From a virus, in the UHGV virus genome UHGV-0293664: a stretch of DNA of 64,000 nt; one strand, written 5' to 3'. Position numbers and translations under genes: made by a program. Every line of letters begins with the position of its first letter. Within the stretch, counting starts at the first letter, position 1. Below, one piece after another: positions 10,646-21,264 of this stretch. A model generated the notes under the pieces. The model was given only the letters and a program-made list of their open reading frames with translations. It was not told the DNA's origin and searched no databases.

Positions 10646-11230
10646 ATGAAAATACTTCAAGAGTTTAAACTTTACCAACCGGGATCTGGCGAATACCACG
10701 CCAACAAGGAAACCAAGGAGCTGACCCCTCAAGAGGTTGAGGACTACACCGCATACACTGGGTATTTTTTACGTAATGATGATGGCGATTGGTATGTGCA
10801 GTCACGAACATTACGACAAGAAAATCCGGGTTGTATCTTCCTACTTGTTGACGAGAAAGGAATTCTTAAGACATCTACAGAAGAACCTGATGCCTTATGG
10901 CCTGCTCCAGGTCTTCGTGTGGTTATCGCCAAAAAAGAAGAGGTACCAGAAAACATTATGCTTCACCACGACGCTTTGCGTTTAGTTGGTGATGAATTTG
11001 TCACAGATAATGAATTCTTTGTTCAACAGGCAGAGGGTGTCATAGAGACAGAACTTGCTTGGGCTACTGCTAGACTTGGTGCCTATCAAGACATGATTGA
11101 CCTTGAATATGATCTTACTGATGACCAGAAACGTAACATCAGAGATTTGAAAATGTACAGGGTAAAACTTCTTGAAATAGATACATCTAAAGCCCCTGAC
11201 ATTTTCTTCCCGGAGCGACCTACCCTCTAA
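10646..11230 (+). CDS. Hypothetical protein, possible fibre accessory/chaperone
   Basis: 194 aa; RBS GGAGGA; between the two fibre paralogs. Confidence 0.45.
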   Translation: MKILQEFKLYQPGSGEYHANKETKELTPQEVEDYTAYTGYFLRNDDGDWYVQSRTLRQENPGCIFLLVDEKGILKTSTEEPDALWPAPGLRVVIAKKEEVPENIMLHHDALRLVGDEFVTDNEFFVQQAEGVIETELAWATARLGAYQDMIDLEYDLTDDQKRNIRDLKMYRVKLLEIDTSKAPDIFFPERPTL

Positions 11231-11241
11231 GAGGAGGTGTT

Positions 11242-11556
11242 GTGGAGTTGGATTTGGCGGCATTGTACGGTATCTGTATGGGTACCGTTGTCCCGATCTG
11301 TGTATGGGCTTTCAACCAGTGGCACACCAAATGGAAAGGCATTTCCCAGAGGTTGGATGAACTGGAGAAAGACCTCATCTTAGTGAAAAATAGTATGGTT
11401 ACAAAAGATAGACTTGATTCCGTTATCGAGACCCGGTTAAGCAAGCTAGAGGCCGATATTAACGACCTTAAGCAGGATGTCAGGACAGATGTCTCCGGCA
11501 TCCGAGCTGATGTACAAAAGATTTTGCACATGCTCGTAGAGCATAGTAAAAGGTAA
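11242..11556 (+). CDS. Small membrane-anchored coiled-coil protein
   Basis: 104 aa; GTG start; N-terminal hydrophobic helix then heptad-like region. Confidence 0.45.
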   Translation: MELDLAALYGICMGTVVPICVWAFNQWHTKWKGISQRLDELEKDLILVKNSMVTKDRLDSVIETRLSKLEADINDLKQDVRTDVSGIRADVQKILHMLVEHSKR

Positions 11557-11564
11557 ACAAAGGT

Positions 11565-11600
11565 CAGAACGGAAAGGACTCCGTTCTTGCATTTTGTTCT
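11565..11600 (+). terminator. Rho-independent terminator
   Basis: CAGAACGG...CCGTTCTT stem followed by T-rich tract. Confidence 0.6.
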
Positions 11601-11645
11601 CTAAAGTGTTAAAATAGTCCTAAGGAATTTTCTCAGGAGAACGCG

Positions 11646-12689
11646 ATGACTAAACCAGTTATCCCTCTTGATATTTGGGCCAATCAGGATGTTGTGCTTG
11701 AAAATACGGGAGAGTTGAATAAATCTCAACCAAAAAAAGAAGAGAGATTGAAAGGTTGGGATATGACACAAAGAATGGCATGTGAAGTTGTTAACTTTGA
11801 ACTTCACATGCTTTCTGCGTGGTTGAAGCATTTAACAGAAGATGTTGTCCCAGGATGGGATAATAGATTCTTAAGGGTCACTAATAACCTAGCAGACGTT
11901 CCAGACAAAGCTGCTGCACGTCAAGTTCTCAATGTATACTCACCTGAAGAAATGGACGATCTATATGTTGACAAGTCTGGAGACATAATGACTCAGACTC
12001 AAACTTTAGGTCTTCAAAGAATCGAGTTTGCATCTGCGTCAACAGACAGTGCGGCAATATACACCACCATAACTCCAGACAAGACGACGATGGATTTCTG
12101 GATTATGGACAACATCGGTGGTGCTGACGGCACAGACCTTGATGATCCTTCTCACCAAATAGACGGGTTCCGTTGGAGATTTCAACCTTCTGGTGGGCAG
12201 CCTGTGTTTTCGGCTATGAAGCTCAATGCTATAACTGCCAACCGTGCAAGACTGGCTATCCAAGGAAATCTTGAATGTAACGATGCAAAAAGTTCCTCTG
12301 CAAATGCCAATGCGGTCACGATACCAAGAGCCACTGTTAACGGACAACAATCCTGCGGAAGCGCTCAAATAGGTGGAAGAGTTGATTGTAACGATGAAAC
12401 CGTTAGGGGCCAATATGCAACCGTTGGTGGAAGAAACGTGGTCCGCAGGGTAAATGGTAACAGCGCAGACGGTAGTGGTAACCTTACTATCCCTATGCCT
12501 AGCAGAGGGGTTGATGATGTAAGGATAGCGAACCGTTTCAAAACCACCTACAGAGAGTCAAGAGTCTACCCTGGACATGTGATGTGCTCTGGTAACTACG
12601 CCTATAAACACCCTTATCAAGGTGATTACTGGACAGGTGCTATCCAAAAACTTGTAAATGGTCAATGGATCACTATATCTTATGCTTAA
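11646..12689 (+). CDS. Tail fibre / receptor-binding protein, paralog B
   Basis: 347 aa; N-term MTKPVIPLDIWA and C-term KLVNGQWITISYA shared with 9591..10631. Confidence 0.65.
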   Translation: MTKPVIPLDIWANQDVVLENTGELNKSQPKKEERLKGWDMTQRMACEVVNFELHMLSAWLKHLTEDVVPGWDNRFLRVTNNLADVPDKAAARQVLNVYSPEEMDDLYVDKSGDIMTQTQTLGLQRIEFASASTDSAAIYTTITPDKTTMDFWIMDNIGGADGTDLDDPSHQIDGFRWRFQPSGGQPVFSAMKLNAITANRARLAIQGNLECNDAKSSSANANAVTIPRATVNGQQSCGSAQIGGRVDCNDETVRGQYATVGGRNVVRRVNGNSADGSGNLTIPMPSRGVDDVRIANRFKTTYRESRVYPGHVMCSGNYAYKHPYQGDYWTGAIQKLVNGQWITISYA

Positions 12690-12700
12690 AAAGAGGGTAA

Positions 12701-12967
12701 ATGAAACTAACTCAGTTTTTATGGGGACTGGTTGCGGCATCTGATGACCCTACGAAAGTGTCCCAATCTAAGCTATGGTCGAACATAGGTATGGCGGTGA
12801 TGACTGGGGTGTTTATTCATATGGGGTATAATGATACGCTTCCTGAATGGTATGCGTGGATATACGCGCCTTCAGTAGCTTGCCCCCAGCTTATTAGCAA
12901 ATTCATCTCGCTCCGGTGGGGTTGCCAGCACCCTGACCACGTTAAAAACGAAGAGCAAAAAGCTTAA
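12701..12967 (+). CDS. Small membrane protein
   Basis: 88 aa; two or three hydrophobic segments; RBS AAGAGGG. Confidence 0.45.
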   Translation: MKLTQFLWGLVAASDDPTKVSQSKLWSNIGMAVMTGVFIHMGYNDTLPEWYAWIYAPSVACPQLISKFISLRWGCQHPDHVKNEEQKA

Positions 12968-12976
12968 GGAGAAATC

Positions 12977-14722
12977 ATGGCGCAAGACATGACAAGCTTT
13001 GAGCAGGCGGTAGATCAAGTAATTGTTGATTCTGAACGTTTGCACCTGATTGTCAACGGTAACGCTGTGGATGAAGTTGTCGTAGAGGATGGGACCACCA
13101 TCCCTACGGTACGAAAAGCCATGCTTGACACCCTTTATTTTAAAACGCCACCGATCCCTTGGGCGTATGGTGCATCCACAACAGTTTTTAACCAGCTGTA
13201 CGAGTTTAAGGGGGACACAGGCCCTCAGTGGTGGTACGCTCCCGCAGCATCAAAATCTAACCCGGTTAGAATGCCAGCAGATCCTTCACAATCTCCAAAC
13301 TGGAGATTATATACAGATTCTGCAGTAATGGCAAAATACTACGCAAAACTTAACAGTCCGAGGTTCGAAGGTGACCCGCGAGTACCGACACCTCCAATGG
13401 ACGACAAATCCGAGTCTATAGCAAACACAGAGTTTGTTGTTGACTACGTGGATAGCATATTTGAAGCCATGGAGGGGATGAAAGTTACTGTAGGGTCTTT
13501 GGTGGTAAAAGGTCTTACAGAACTTGCTAACACCATAGTTGGTGGCACACTCACCCTACATGGGCCTGTTAATGGAGCAGATTCTACTGCACGCTTCAGG
13601 AACCTAATCCTCACGGCAAACACTTCTACACTTACTTTTGCGTGGAGCGATCCTAAGCATGCAGACTGGAGAAGTACAGAGCTGCAGCCTCATGAAGTGT
13701 CCACCCACAGGATTATAGCTGACACTATAACTTCTGGGAAACCAGTGGCTAATAATAACGATGTGCATTTTGATGGTCTAGGTAATAACTTTTTTGACTA
13801 CGTGTACATTCGTGGTAATGCCATGAAGGCAGCAACCGAACCGACATTGCAGGTAGATGGAACCACCAGGGTTAAGAACCTTGAGGTGACAGGTACTGTT
13901 ACAGGAATAACCTACTCTGTCGATGGCACCATGATCTACCCTAGCTATATTGAAAGCACGGGGGACGCATTAATAAATGGTGATTTAGAAGTTGGCGGAT
14001 CTGTAGTTATTCGAGGTACAGCCTCTATCCAAAACATAGCTCTGAATACCTTAAGAGTCAATGAGCGTGCAACTTTTGAAGGAGAAGGGCTTGCAGCCAA
14101 TAAAGGTACAATTACCGAGCTGACCACCACCACTCTAACTGCAACAACTGCAAACTCTGAAAACTGCAACGTTACCAGAAACTTGCAGGTAAATGGGGAT
14201 GTTAGTTTAAACGCAGCAGGTACTGGCACCACCTACCTGCACAACCTTGAAATATCCGGCACAGTGACTGGGTGGCTGCCAGACTTCTCTAATGTCAACT
14301 TTGTTTGTAATGGCATTAACTCTAGCGGTAAGATAACCACCTCTCAAGGAATTGAAGCTGGTAAAACCATTACTGCCCCTACTTTCCACGCAGGGAAGGT
14401 AGATTTTGATTTAGAGGAGGTTGACGCGTCCAGTGGGACATGGACACCTAACGGGCAGGCCAGTATGTATGTTGTCCACGCGAAAGGGGATTTTACAATA
14501 GGACAGTGGCCTGGGACATCAGCGGAAGATAAACCTTATCCATTCACTGCAGTTATCTATGTAATTCAGGATGCTGTAGGTCACAACGTGACTTTGCACG
14601 ATAAGTATGCCATCCTGTCGGCAACACCTGTTATTAACAACAAGGCTAACAGTGTTACCTTGCTGCAATTAACGTATTGTGGTGTTGGTGATATTGTAGA
14701 CGTAGTAATTGCACAACGTTAA
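12977..14722 (+). CDS. Tail fibre or tailspike protein
   Basis: 581 aa; Thr/Gly/Asn-rich repetitive beta-type sequence. Confidence 0.55.
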   Translation: MAQDMTSFEQAVDQVIVDSERLHLIVNGNAVDEVVVEDGTTIPTVRKAMLDTLYFKTPPIPWAYGASTTVFNQLYEFKGDTGPQWWYAPAASKSNPVRMPADPSQSPNWRLYTDSAVMAKYYAKLNSPRFEGDPRVPTPPMDDKSESIANTEFVVDYVDSIFEAMEGMKVTVGSLVVKGLTELANTIVGGTLTLHGPVNGADSTARFRNLILTANTSTLTFAWSDPKHADWRSTELQPHEVSTHRIIADTITSGKPVANNNDVHFDGLGNNFFDYVYIRGNAMKAATEPTLQVDGTTRVKNLEVTGTVTGITYSVDGTMIYPSYIESTGDALINGDLEVGGSVVIRGTASIQNIALNTLRVNERATFEGEGLAANKGTITELTTTTLTATTANSENCNVTRNLQVNGDVSLNAAGTGTTYLHNLEISGTVTGWLPDFSNVNFVCNGINSSGKITTSQGIEAGKTITAPTFHAGKVDFDLEEVDASSGTWTPNGQASMYVVHAKGDFTIGQWPGTSAEDKPYPFTAVIYVIQDAVGHNVTLHDKYAILSATPVINNKANSVTLLQLTYCGVGDIVDVVIAQR

Positions 14723-14729
14723 TATATCT

Positions 14730-14757
14730 AACCGCTCCTGACGGGGCGGTTTTCTTA
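14730..14757 (+). terminator. Rho-independent terminator
   Basis: ACCGCTCC-TGAC-GGGGCGGT hairpin followed by TTTTCTT. Confidence 0.75.
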
Positions 14758-14770
14758 TCTGGAGAACACA

Positions 14771-17700
14771 ATGCTTCCAATCCCTTTGCTAAAACTTGGT
14801 CGTCATTTCCTCGATAAGAGGGGTGGAATTAAGGAACTTGCTGTTCTGTCATACCCAATAGACAACAGTGATGGCACAAGCACTACAGTATCCTATGTAA
14901 ATAGTTTAGCTATACTTTTTGATGATGGTCAACTCAATATCACGGGCTATAACAGGTTCGGAGAGTGCCGCACTGGGGGTCTTGACACGATAAACTACCC
15001 CAACGAGGCTGCCTGGAACGTTGATCATGTGTGGAGAGCAGACCGTGCGTTTGTGATCCGAACTTTTGATAACCAGTTTTTCTACATCGGCTGCACTGCA
15101 GGGCTTATTGGGTCTGATGCTGCAGGCGGTAATGATGTTTGTGTAAGAGAGTGGACACCTCTTCCTGAACAGATCGTTAAAGGGTTGCACCTTGACACCC
15201 ACCCAGAGCGCCTTATTGAAGTAATGGGCGGTATTAACAACACTATCTGGGTTATTGCAGAGGCAGAAGGCACTGGCATACTTAACCTGTATGGATCTGG
15301 TAACAACACCTACGGATCTTTGCATGTAGATAAAAATCAGCATGCAACCCCTGTAAAGATCGGTGAGACATCGGAAAATCCTGAAACAGGCCCTTGGAAA
15401 AACCCAAGCATCAACTGCGAGGTGCATGACAACTCTGTTATTTTCGGTGGTCCTAGAGGTTTCTGGATTGCTGGATACGACTTTCTGAGAAATAACAGTA
15501 GAAACGATCTTGTTTGGCCTCCTGTGCAGATTACTCGTAACGATTTGAGGGGCATTCCTGCAGATGAGGAGTGGAAAGGGTTTATGTGTGGTCCTAACGG
15601 GGCAATAATTGCCACACAGAGGATGCATAGACCCGATGACCAGCAGCTTGTTAACGTATTCTACGGGCAAGACGTTTGGGGAGATGACACATGGCGTTCC
15701 TTAAATATCACCTACACCCATGAGGTAATAATGGCTCGTGGGTACGGCACAAGTGGCATTTTCTTCAATAATGGCACTAAGCAGTATCGTGGATTCTCTC
15801 GCAACTTGTGTAATGATATTGGCGCACAATCTGCAAACAATAGCCCTAGGGCCAATTTTATCCACTATCAAGCTCTTGCTACAGCTAAATATGTTGAGCA
15901 ACGCCTGCCAGTTAGCTGGACAGAGAGTGTTTATTTCCAAGGCATCCACAGGGAAGGTTTCTTAGGAACCTTTACTGTTGTTAATGGTAAACTTTGGTGG
16001 TCAGGCATCCCAAGGGGGAGTTTTGCAGGCTCTAACAACCTGTTTGGCGGCAGACTTAATAGTCAGGGGTTCACAGAGGTTCCTGAGAATTGGTATAAAA
16101 ATGTCCCAGTAGACAGTTGGGATGTTGATGATATTTTCGACGTTAACGGTGTTAGCAGCGTTAGCAATATTTACATTGGTGACACGGTCAAGATGAAATT
16201 GAAGCCTCAGCCAGAAGGGGCTACGTTCATTATTGACAAGATTGAACTGGTAAATGCTGCAGGCACGGTTGTTACAGATGCAAATTACCAATTCTCCACC
16301 AACTGGAACCACGGCGGGGCCAATGAAGTTGTTGTTACCCAGTATAACAGAAATGTTAACAGACGTGGCCTGTACTCTGTAAAAATAACTTATCATGACA
16401 AGCATGGCACAGGCAGAACCCATACGACAAGGACTTTGAACTGGAACACCATAGTTCCTGCGTATCCGTCTAACGGCAAGTGGCATACCGTTGGTAGAAA
16501 CAAGCAGTTCCATGTTAACGATACTGTATACTTTGGGCTGAATGGTACTCAGCCTGCAGTAGAAGGTGATACATCATATATGGTCCGACTCCACAGAATG
16601 GATGCTGGATCAGTCACTTACGATGTTACCCAAGAGATTTATGATCAGAGAAGAAATACCTACAACAACTTGGTGCAGACACAGGCCGTATGGGAGTTCA
16701 ACCCTAACGGCAGAGGTGGTAAAATGTTGCAGGTTAACGAGCAAAACGGAACGTCGTTAACTGTCCACAAACACCCAGACCCTTGGCCTGATCCTGGAAA
16801 ACCTCACCCAGGCGCTCGTACGCTGAAAATTGTCAGCCATGATGTAGGATATTTCGGAATACGCTGGGAAGCTACAGTAAGGTATGCCGACGGGACAACA
16901 AACAACATAGGGATTACACTTGGTGGCACCAGTGAAGATAACTCGCTGAAAATTGCCTACACTCCTAGAGGTATATCTATTGACAATATGGATGTTGTTC
17001 GCAATGGTTACGGCGATGTGAATGTCAAAGTTACTCTTGGCGAACATCTTGGTGGGGAAAGGATCATCATGTATGCTTTTGATCATGACCCGCGTACCAA
17101 CGGAACTTATGCAAATCAGGCATGGAGTTACCTGATAAATGCACCTGGGCCGAATACTAAAGAGTTCTACTACGGCATGAAGCGAGATGTGTGCAAGAAA
17201 ACAGGAACACATGACTGGATTGCTATCTGCGTTAAAGATGAGCGCACAGCTTGGGATGAGCCTGTTAACAGATGGTTCATAGGTATTCCTACCAGAAGTG
17301 ATAAGTATGTCGCAGAATATATTGTATGCATGGGCGGTACCAACCTGAACATGTGTTGGAACGAGGATGCAAACAAATACTCTGATTATGACTATATGAG
17401 GGACTACTCTTGTAATCAGTGGTTTAACCAATCAACAGGATACCCTCCACGTCAGGCGAGAGTAAACCCTGCAATCTTCACAGATACGCAGGTTTTCTTG
17501 ACAAAACAGGCCAACAAGGTTCAGACCTTCAAGAATAAATACGATCCTAACAAGTGGTTCTACAACTGTTACGGCGCATTTTTCTGGGGACCTGGTGAGT
17601 TACCTGGTGGAGGATCTTGCTTGAATGAGGCAACTTACGCCAGTGACTACATCATGGGGCAGGTCAAGAAGTATAAGATAATCCCCGGTCCTGAGACTCT

Positions 17701-20398
17701 GGGCAATGCCGTTGACCCTTATATCATCATGACTGCACTGAGATCAAACATGGACGGGACATCCATGTCTATGCAAATTCCGGTAACAAACGGGTACAAA
17801 CGTGTTGTGATGATCATTAAGTGCGACTTAATAGGTAAACAAGTTCTTGCAGAAAACGGGACATCCACACATCCTTTTGAGATTGCTCTGCACTATCAGT
17901 TTGCTGACTCGCCTTTTGCAGGTGATAAGAGAATATCTGATACAGATGCACAGCGTTGTAAGAAAGTATTGTTGGGTGCAGGTTGGTGGTGGTATGAGTT
18001 TGATTTAACAGACAAATTCACCGACACGTCTAAAGTTGTAACAGGACTTCGTCTAGACCTTGGCGAGAACATGCACAAAGCTGTTTGTGATGGCACCTAT
18101 GGTGACCCTACAATATACCTAAAATATATTTCTTTTGAGCATCCGGAAGATGTTGTCTACGGTCCAAAACTGAGATTGTTTGGCAGTTGGATTGCAAAAG
18201 ATAGGGTAGGCATGGGTAAGAAGGTGAGAGGGTTCTTGGTTGATGCAGGAACAGAAGACATGCTGGTTAATGCAGTATGGCCTGAATTACCTGGGACTCA
18301 GTGGAACAACTCAGCCAAATCTATAAACTGGTTTAACATCCACAGGGCTATGTGGACCACTAACTGCTACTTGTGGAGAGAGCTTAACGATCAGGCTTTT
18401 GGCTTCAGTGATGGCAGGAGGATGGCGATCATTTGCTGGACAACGCTGCAAAGATGCTATGACCATGACTACGAGATTGGTGGTAGGGCATGGAAAAATA
18501 TCAGGGACAGAATCATAACCAATTTTGCAGACGACAACGGTGGTGGAGCACATAACTTTGGCACAAGCCGACTTATCCATTTGAATGGATCCTCGGCCTA
18601 CAAGAAAGAAGGTTACTCAGGGTCCATGATCGAGTGGGGTCTGGTGAAAGATGCTCGCGTATTGATGGGCCAGCAACTTGCTGCCGCAATAGGCCCAAGC
18701 GCAGTGCAGTCGGTTAAACCAGCGTGGTTCGATATCCCATTGTGGTCACCAGGAACACCGGGAACTGCTGCAATCAACCCTACCACTGGGGATCTAGAAA
18801 TATCCTGGGAGGACTTGAAGCAGGTCGGTGGTTGGGATAAAACGGGGTATCAGGTCCAGTGGTGGAGGGCTGATGGATCTTTAGCCTCTGATGAGTTTGT
18901 TAAGGACAATTTCTACACCATGTCCTCTGCAAAAGCACAGCAATTATTTGGTCAGGCCACTCCGTCAACGATCACCATGTCTATGTGCTGTAAAGACAAC
19001 AGGACTGGAGCTTTGGGGCCAAGGGTTGCTAAGGTTTTCTCAGGTATTAAATGGAATCTCCCTGTTCAAAGTGTTTCATGGAAGCAAATAGGTGATAACA
19101 AGCTGCTGGTTACCCCTGCCTGTCAGTTCAACGCAACTCTTAACGTTGATCCTGCTGTTGCGGCAAACTCAGCTAAAGCTTCTGACTTCTCTGTGTCTAA
19201 CACTGCTATGGCAGATGTGAGGAAGATTGACACACTGAACGCCAGAATTACCTGTAAAAACACTTATGGCACATTCCAAATCATCAACAACTTCACAGAT
19301 GCTGATTCTAAGGTAGTAAGGACAGCAAGCCAGACTCTGAGTTTAGGGACTCTGGCCTATGCGGCCCTGATCACCGAACAGTCGGCAACACTCCAAGGAG
19401 GCGGTGTAGGCAAGTCCATTGCAACACCTGTGTGGAAGCCGAATGAGTGGGTTGTGTTTGATTTGACTGTGGACTTCTCCAGTGATAATAACTGGACATG
19501 GGTAAGGAATTGTTTGTCACAGTTGATGGGCGGTCCAAGCTCCATTAGCGATAGTCACGACTCTACTGACCCGAGCGTGTTCCAGGTGGGTAAAACTCAC
19601 CCAGAGACTGGAGAAACGTTGCCTGACAGGAAGTATGCTTTGGTTTGCATCTCTTACGGGAAGGCAGATGTCACCTTCTCAGGGACACACACTTATAACG
19701 GAACCTACAACTTCTCAAGGAAGTATAGTCTCAAAGCAGGGAACATTGTAGACGAGGTTGGTGTGCTGTATAATCCAGGTAACGGCATAGGGATTGTGGG
19801 TGGTCAACTGCAGATGCAGGAACCTTCTATTACACCTTCCAACGTATCCGGGATTAGAAAGACTTGGGAAAGTAGTAATACCAACATTGCAACAGTGGAT
19901 GCCACCACAGGACTGGTAACATTTAAAGCCACTGGGAATGTCACCATAAAGTTTGTAGTTACAGATGATGCAGGCCGCAAAACGTCTTCAACATCATTCA
20001 CTGTCAAACAGATGGCACCTCAGTGGTTTATTTGGGAAGGAAATCCTCTTGACGGGGCTTACCCTAGACCTGCAGGAACGTCTAATATGAGGGTCTTTAC
20101 CGGTCCGGTCATGAACAATCCGACCACAACCACCAACCCTACATTTTTTGGTGCTTACATACCTGAAATCATTGGCCTACCAAGGAACCAGATACAACTG
20201 CTTTTCGGAGCAGGTGTTGATGGTCTAGCCACCTTTGGGTACAGTGACAACATTGATGCAGCCAGAAGCTCGGGTTGGATTGGATTTAAGTTCCAGTGGA
20301 ACCCTGGTGGTAGAACATTAGGTCTTGCAAGCATAGGTGTTATGCTACCTGGTAACCAGCAATACCATCTCGAAGCTTATACAAACTTCCCTAGTTAA
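14771..20398 (+). CDS. Giant tail fibre / adhesin-like structural protein with Ig-like domain
   Basis: 1875 aa; Trp/Asn/Gly-rich; Big_2-like segment near residue 1700 (TGLVTFKATGNVTIKFVVTDDAGRK). Confidence 0.6.
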   Translation: MLPIPLLKLGRHFLDKRGGIKELAVLSYPIDNSDGTSTTVSYVNSLAILFDDGQLNITGYNRFGECRTGGLDTINYPNEAAWNVDHVWRADRAFVIRTFDNQFFYIGCTAGLIGSDAAGGNDVCVREWTPLPEQIVKGLHLDTHPERLIEVMGGINNTIWVIAEAEGTGILNLYGSGNNTYGSLHVDKNQHATPVKIGETSENPETGPWKNPSINCEVHDNSVIFGGPRGFWIAGYDFLRNNSRNDLVWPPVQITRNDLRGIPADEEWKGFMCGPNGAIIATQRMHRPDDQQLVNVFYGQDVWGDDTWRSLNITYTHEVIMARGYGTSGIFFNNGTKQYRGFSRNLCNDIGAQSANNSPRANFIHYQALATAKYVEQRLPVSWTESVYFQGIHREGFLGTFTVVNGKLWWSGIPRGSFAGSNNLFGGRLNSQGFTEVPENWYKNVPVDSWDVDDIFDVNGVSSVSNIYIGDTVKMKLKPQPEGATFIIDKIELVNAAGTVVTDANYQFSTNWNHGGANEVVVTQYNRNVNRRGLYSVKITYHDKHGTGRTHTTRTLNWNTIVPAYPSNGKWHTVGRNKQFHVNDTVYFGLNGTQPAVEGDTSYMVRLHRMDAGSVTYDVTQEIYDQRRNTYNNLVQTQAVWEFNPNGRGGKMLQVNEQNGTSLTVHKHPDPWPDPGKPHPGARTLKIVSHDVGYFGIRWEATVRYADGTTNNIGITLGGTSEDNSLKIAYTPRGISIDNMDVVRNGYGDVNVKVTLGEHLGGERIIMYAFDHDPRTNGTYANQAWSYLINAPGPNTKEFYYGMKRDVCKKTGTHDWIAICVKDERTAWDEPVNRWFIGIPTRSDKYVAEYIVCMGGTNLNMCWNEDANKYSDYDYMRDYSCNQWFNQSTGYPPRQARVNPAIFTDTQVFLTKQANKVQTFKNKYDPNKWFYNCYGAFFWGPGELPGGGSCLNEATYASDYIMGQVKKYKIIPGPETLGNAVDPYIIMTALRSNMDGTSMSMQIPVTNGYKRVVMIIKCDLIGKQVLAENGTSTHPFEIALHYQFADSPFAGDKRISDTDAQRCKKVLLGAGWWWYEFDLTDKFTDTSKVVTGLRLDLGENMHKAVCDGTYGDPTIYLKYISFEHPEDVVYGPKLRLFGSWIAKDRVGMGKKVRGFLVDAGTEDMLVNAVWPELPGTQWNNSAKSINWFNIHRAMWTTNCYLWRELNDQAFGFSDGRRMAIICWTTLQRCYDHDYEIGGRAWKNIRDRIITNFADDNGGGAHNFGTSRLIHLNGSSAYKKEGYSGSMIEWGLVKDARVLMGQQLAAAIGPSAVQSVKPAWFDIPLWSPGTPGTAAINPTTGDLEISWEDLKQVGGWDKTGYQVQWWRADGSLASDEFVKDNFYTMSSAKAQQLFGQATPSTITMSMCCKDNRTGALGPRVAKVFSGIKWNLPVQSVSWKQIGDNKLLVTPACQFNATLNVDPAVAANSAKASDFSVSNTAMADVRKIDTLNARITCKNTYGTFQIINNFTDADSKVVRTASQTLSLGTLAYAALITEQSATLQGGGVGKSIATPVWKPNEWVVFDLTVDFSSDNNWTWVRNCLSQLMGGPSSISDSHDSTDPSVFQVGKTHPETGETLPDRKYALVCISYGKADVTFSGTHTYNGTYNFSRKYSLKAGNIVDEVGVLYNPGNGIGIVGGQLQMQEPSITPSNVSGIRKTWESSNTNIATVDATTGLVTFKATGNVTIKFVVTDDAGRKTSSTSFTVKQMAPQWFIWEGNPLDGAYPRPAGTSNMRVFTGPVMNNPTTTTNPTFFGAYIPEIIGLPRNQIQLLFGAGVDGLATFGYSDNIDAARSSGWIGFKFQWNPGGRTLGLASIGVMLPGNQQYHLEAYTNFPS

Positions 20399-20410
20399 CA
20401 AGAGGAAAAT

Positions 20411-20440
20411 AAAAAGGGGCCGTTTGGCCCCTTTCTTTTT
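20411..20440. terminator. Bidirectional rho-independent terminator between convergent operons
   Basis: A-run, GGGGCC-GTTT-GGCCCC hairpin, T-run. Confidence 0.8.
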
Positions 20441-20444
20441 ATAA

Positions 20445-20645
20445 TTAGTAATATTCCCAACACGACCCATCTTCAGACGGCTGGACACGCTTACCTTCAT
20501 GATCGACATAGGTGTAACCACAGCCTTCACAGATAACAGGTGCCGCATAACCTTCCTTCCACTGCTTCTCCGTGATCAATCCTTTCAGATCTCCGCAGTC
20601 ACGACCAAACAACTCTTCAGAACAGTCTTTACAAAAATCAGCCAT
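20445..20645 (-). CDS. Small zinc-ribbon-like protein
   Basis: 66 aa; CxxC...C...CxxC pattern. Confidence 0.45.
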   Translation of the reverse strand: MADFCKDCSEELFGRDCGDLKGLITEKQWKEGYAAPVICEGCGYTYVDHEGKRVQPSEDGSCWEYY

Positions 20646-20714
20646 CTCTATCAGTCTCCATATTTAACCAATCTGTATTACATATTGCCGAAGAAACAGT
20701 ATTTCATTTCATCA

Positions 20715-20933
20715 TTACAGATCTCCAACAACTTCCCAAATACCCCAGTGAGCATCCATATCCTTGATAAAGTATCTTTCTCCACGGTTTGTCCACACAC
20801 CTATCCCAACTTTACCATCTATCCCATTGTATACATCTGCCTCATACTCTTTGCCCGGTGTAAAGTGTACACCCATCATAAGGGCTGTTATTCCGTTAGG
20901 ATTTTTAAATTTAACAAATTTTACTTTGCTCAT
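20715..20933 (-). CDS. Small hypothetical protein
   Basis: 72 aa; shares IKDxDxxWG-type motif with small proteins near the polymerase gene. Confidence 0.45.
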   Translation of the reverse strand: MSKVKFVKFKNPNGITALMMGVHFTPGKEYEADVYNGIDGKVGIGVWTNRGERYFIKDMDAHWGIWEVVGDL

Positions 20934-20934
20934 A

Positions 20935-21264
20935 TTACTTAATCCTTGCAGTTACAGTAGCGCTATACCCCATGTAGTTATGAGACATAAAGAATGTAAG
21001 CCCTTTAAGTTCAGGATTCTTTCTAAGAAATCGTTTCAATTTTCGAATGCAATTAACACCATGATCATAGTTTGAGAAATTAAATTTAATACCCTGCTCT
21101 ATCATAGTGCACACTTCTTCATGGGTATGCCATTGTCTATCGTGGTCACAAAACCAGTAACCAATACTTTCTTTTTCTTGGATATGCAACCCCCAAAATA
21201 CTTTATGCATTGGATATTTTGGTTTTCTACCATGATAATGTAGTTTAATATTCACATGTGCCAT
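20935..21264 (-). CDS. Hypothetical protein
   Basis: 109 aa; His/Cys-rich; 1-nt gap to downstream gene. Confidence 0.45.
   Translation of the reverse strand: MAHVNIKLHYHGRKPKYPMHKVFWGLHIQEKESIGYWFCDHDRQWHTHEEVCTMIEQGIKFNFSNYDHGVNCIRKLKRFLRKNPELKGLTFFMSHNYMGYSATVTARIK

Noticed and set aside
14906-17431. Large antisense ORFs (14906..15670, 16001..16513, 16757..17431) inside the 1875-aa gene
   Set aside because: Fully embedded antisense to a long, well-supported gene, with no promoters or RBS; judged frame artefacts.
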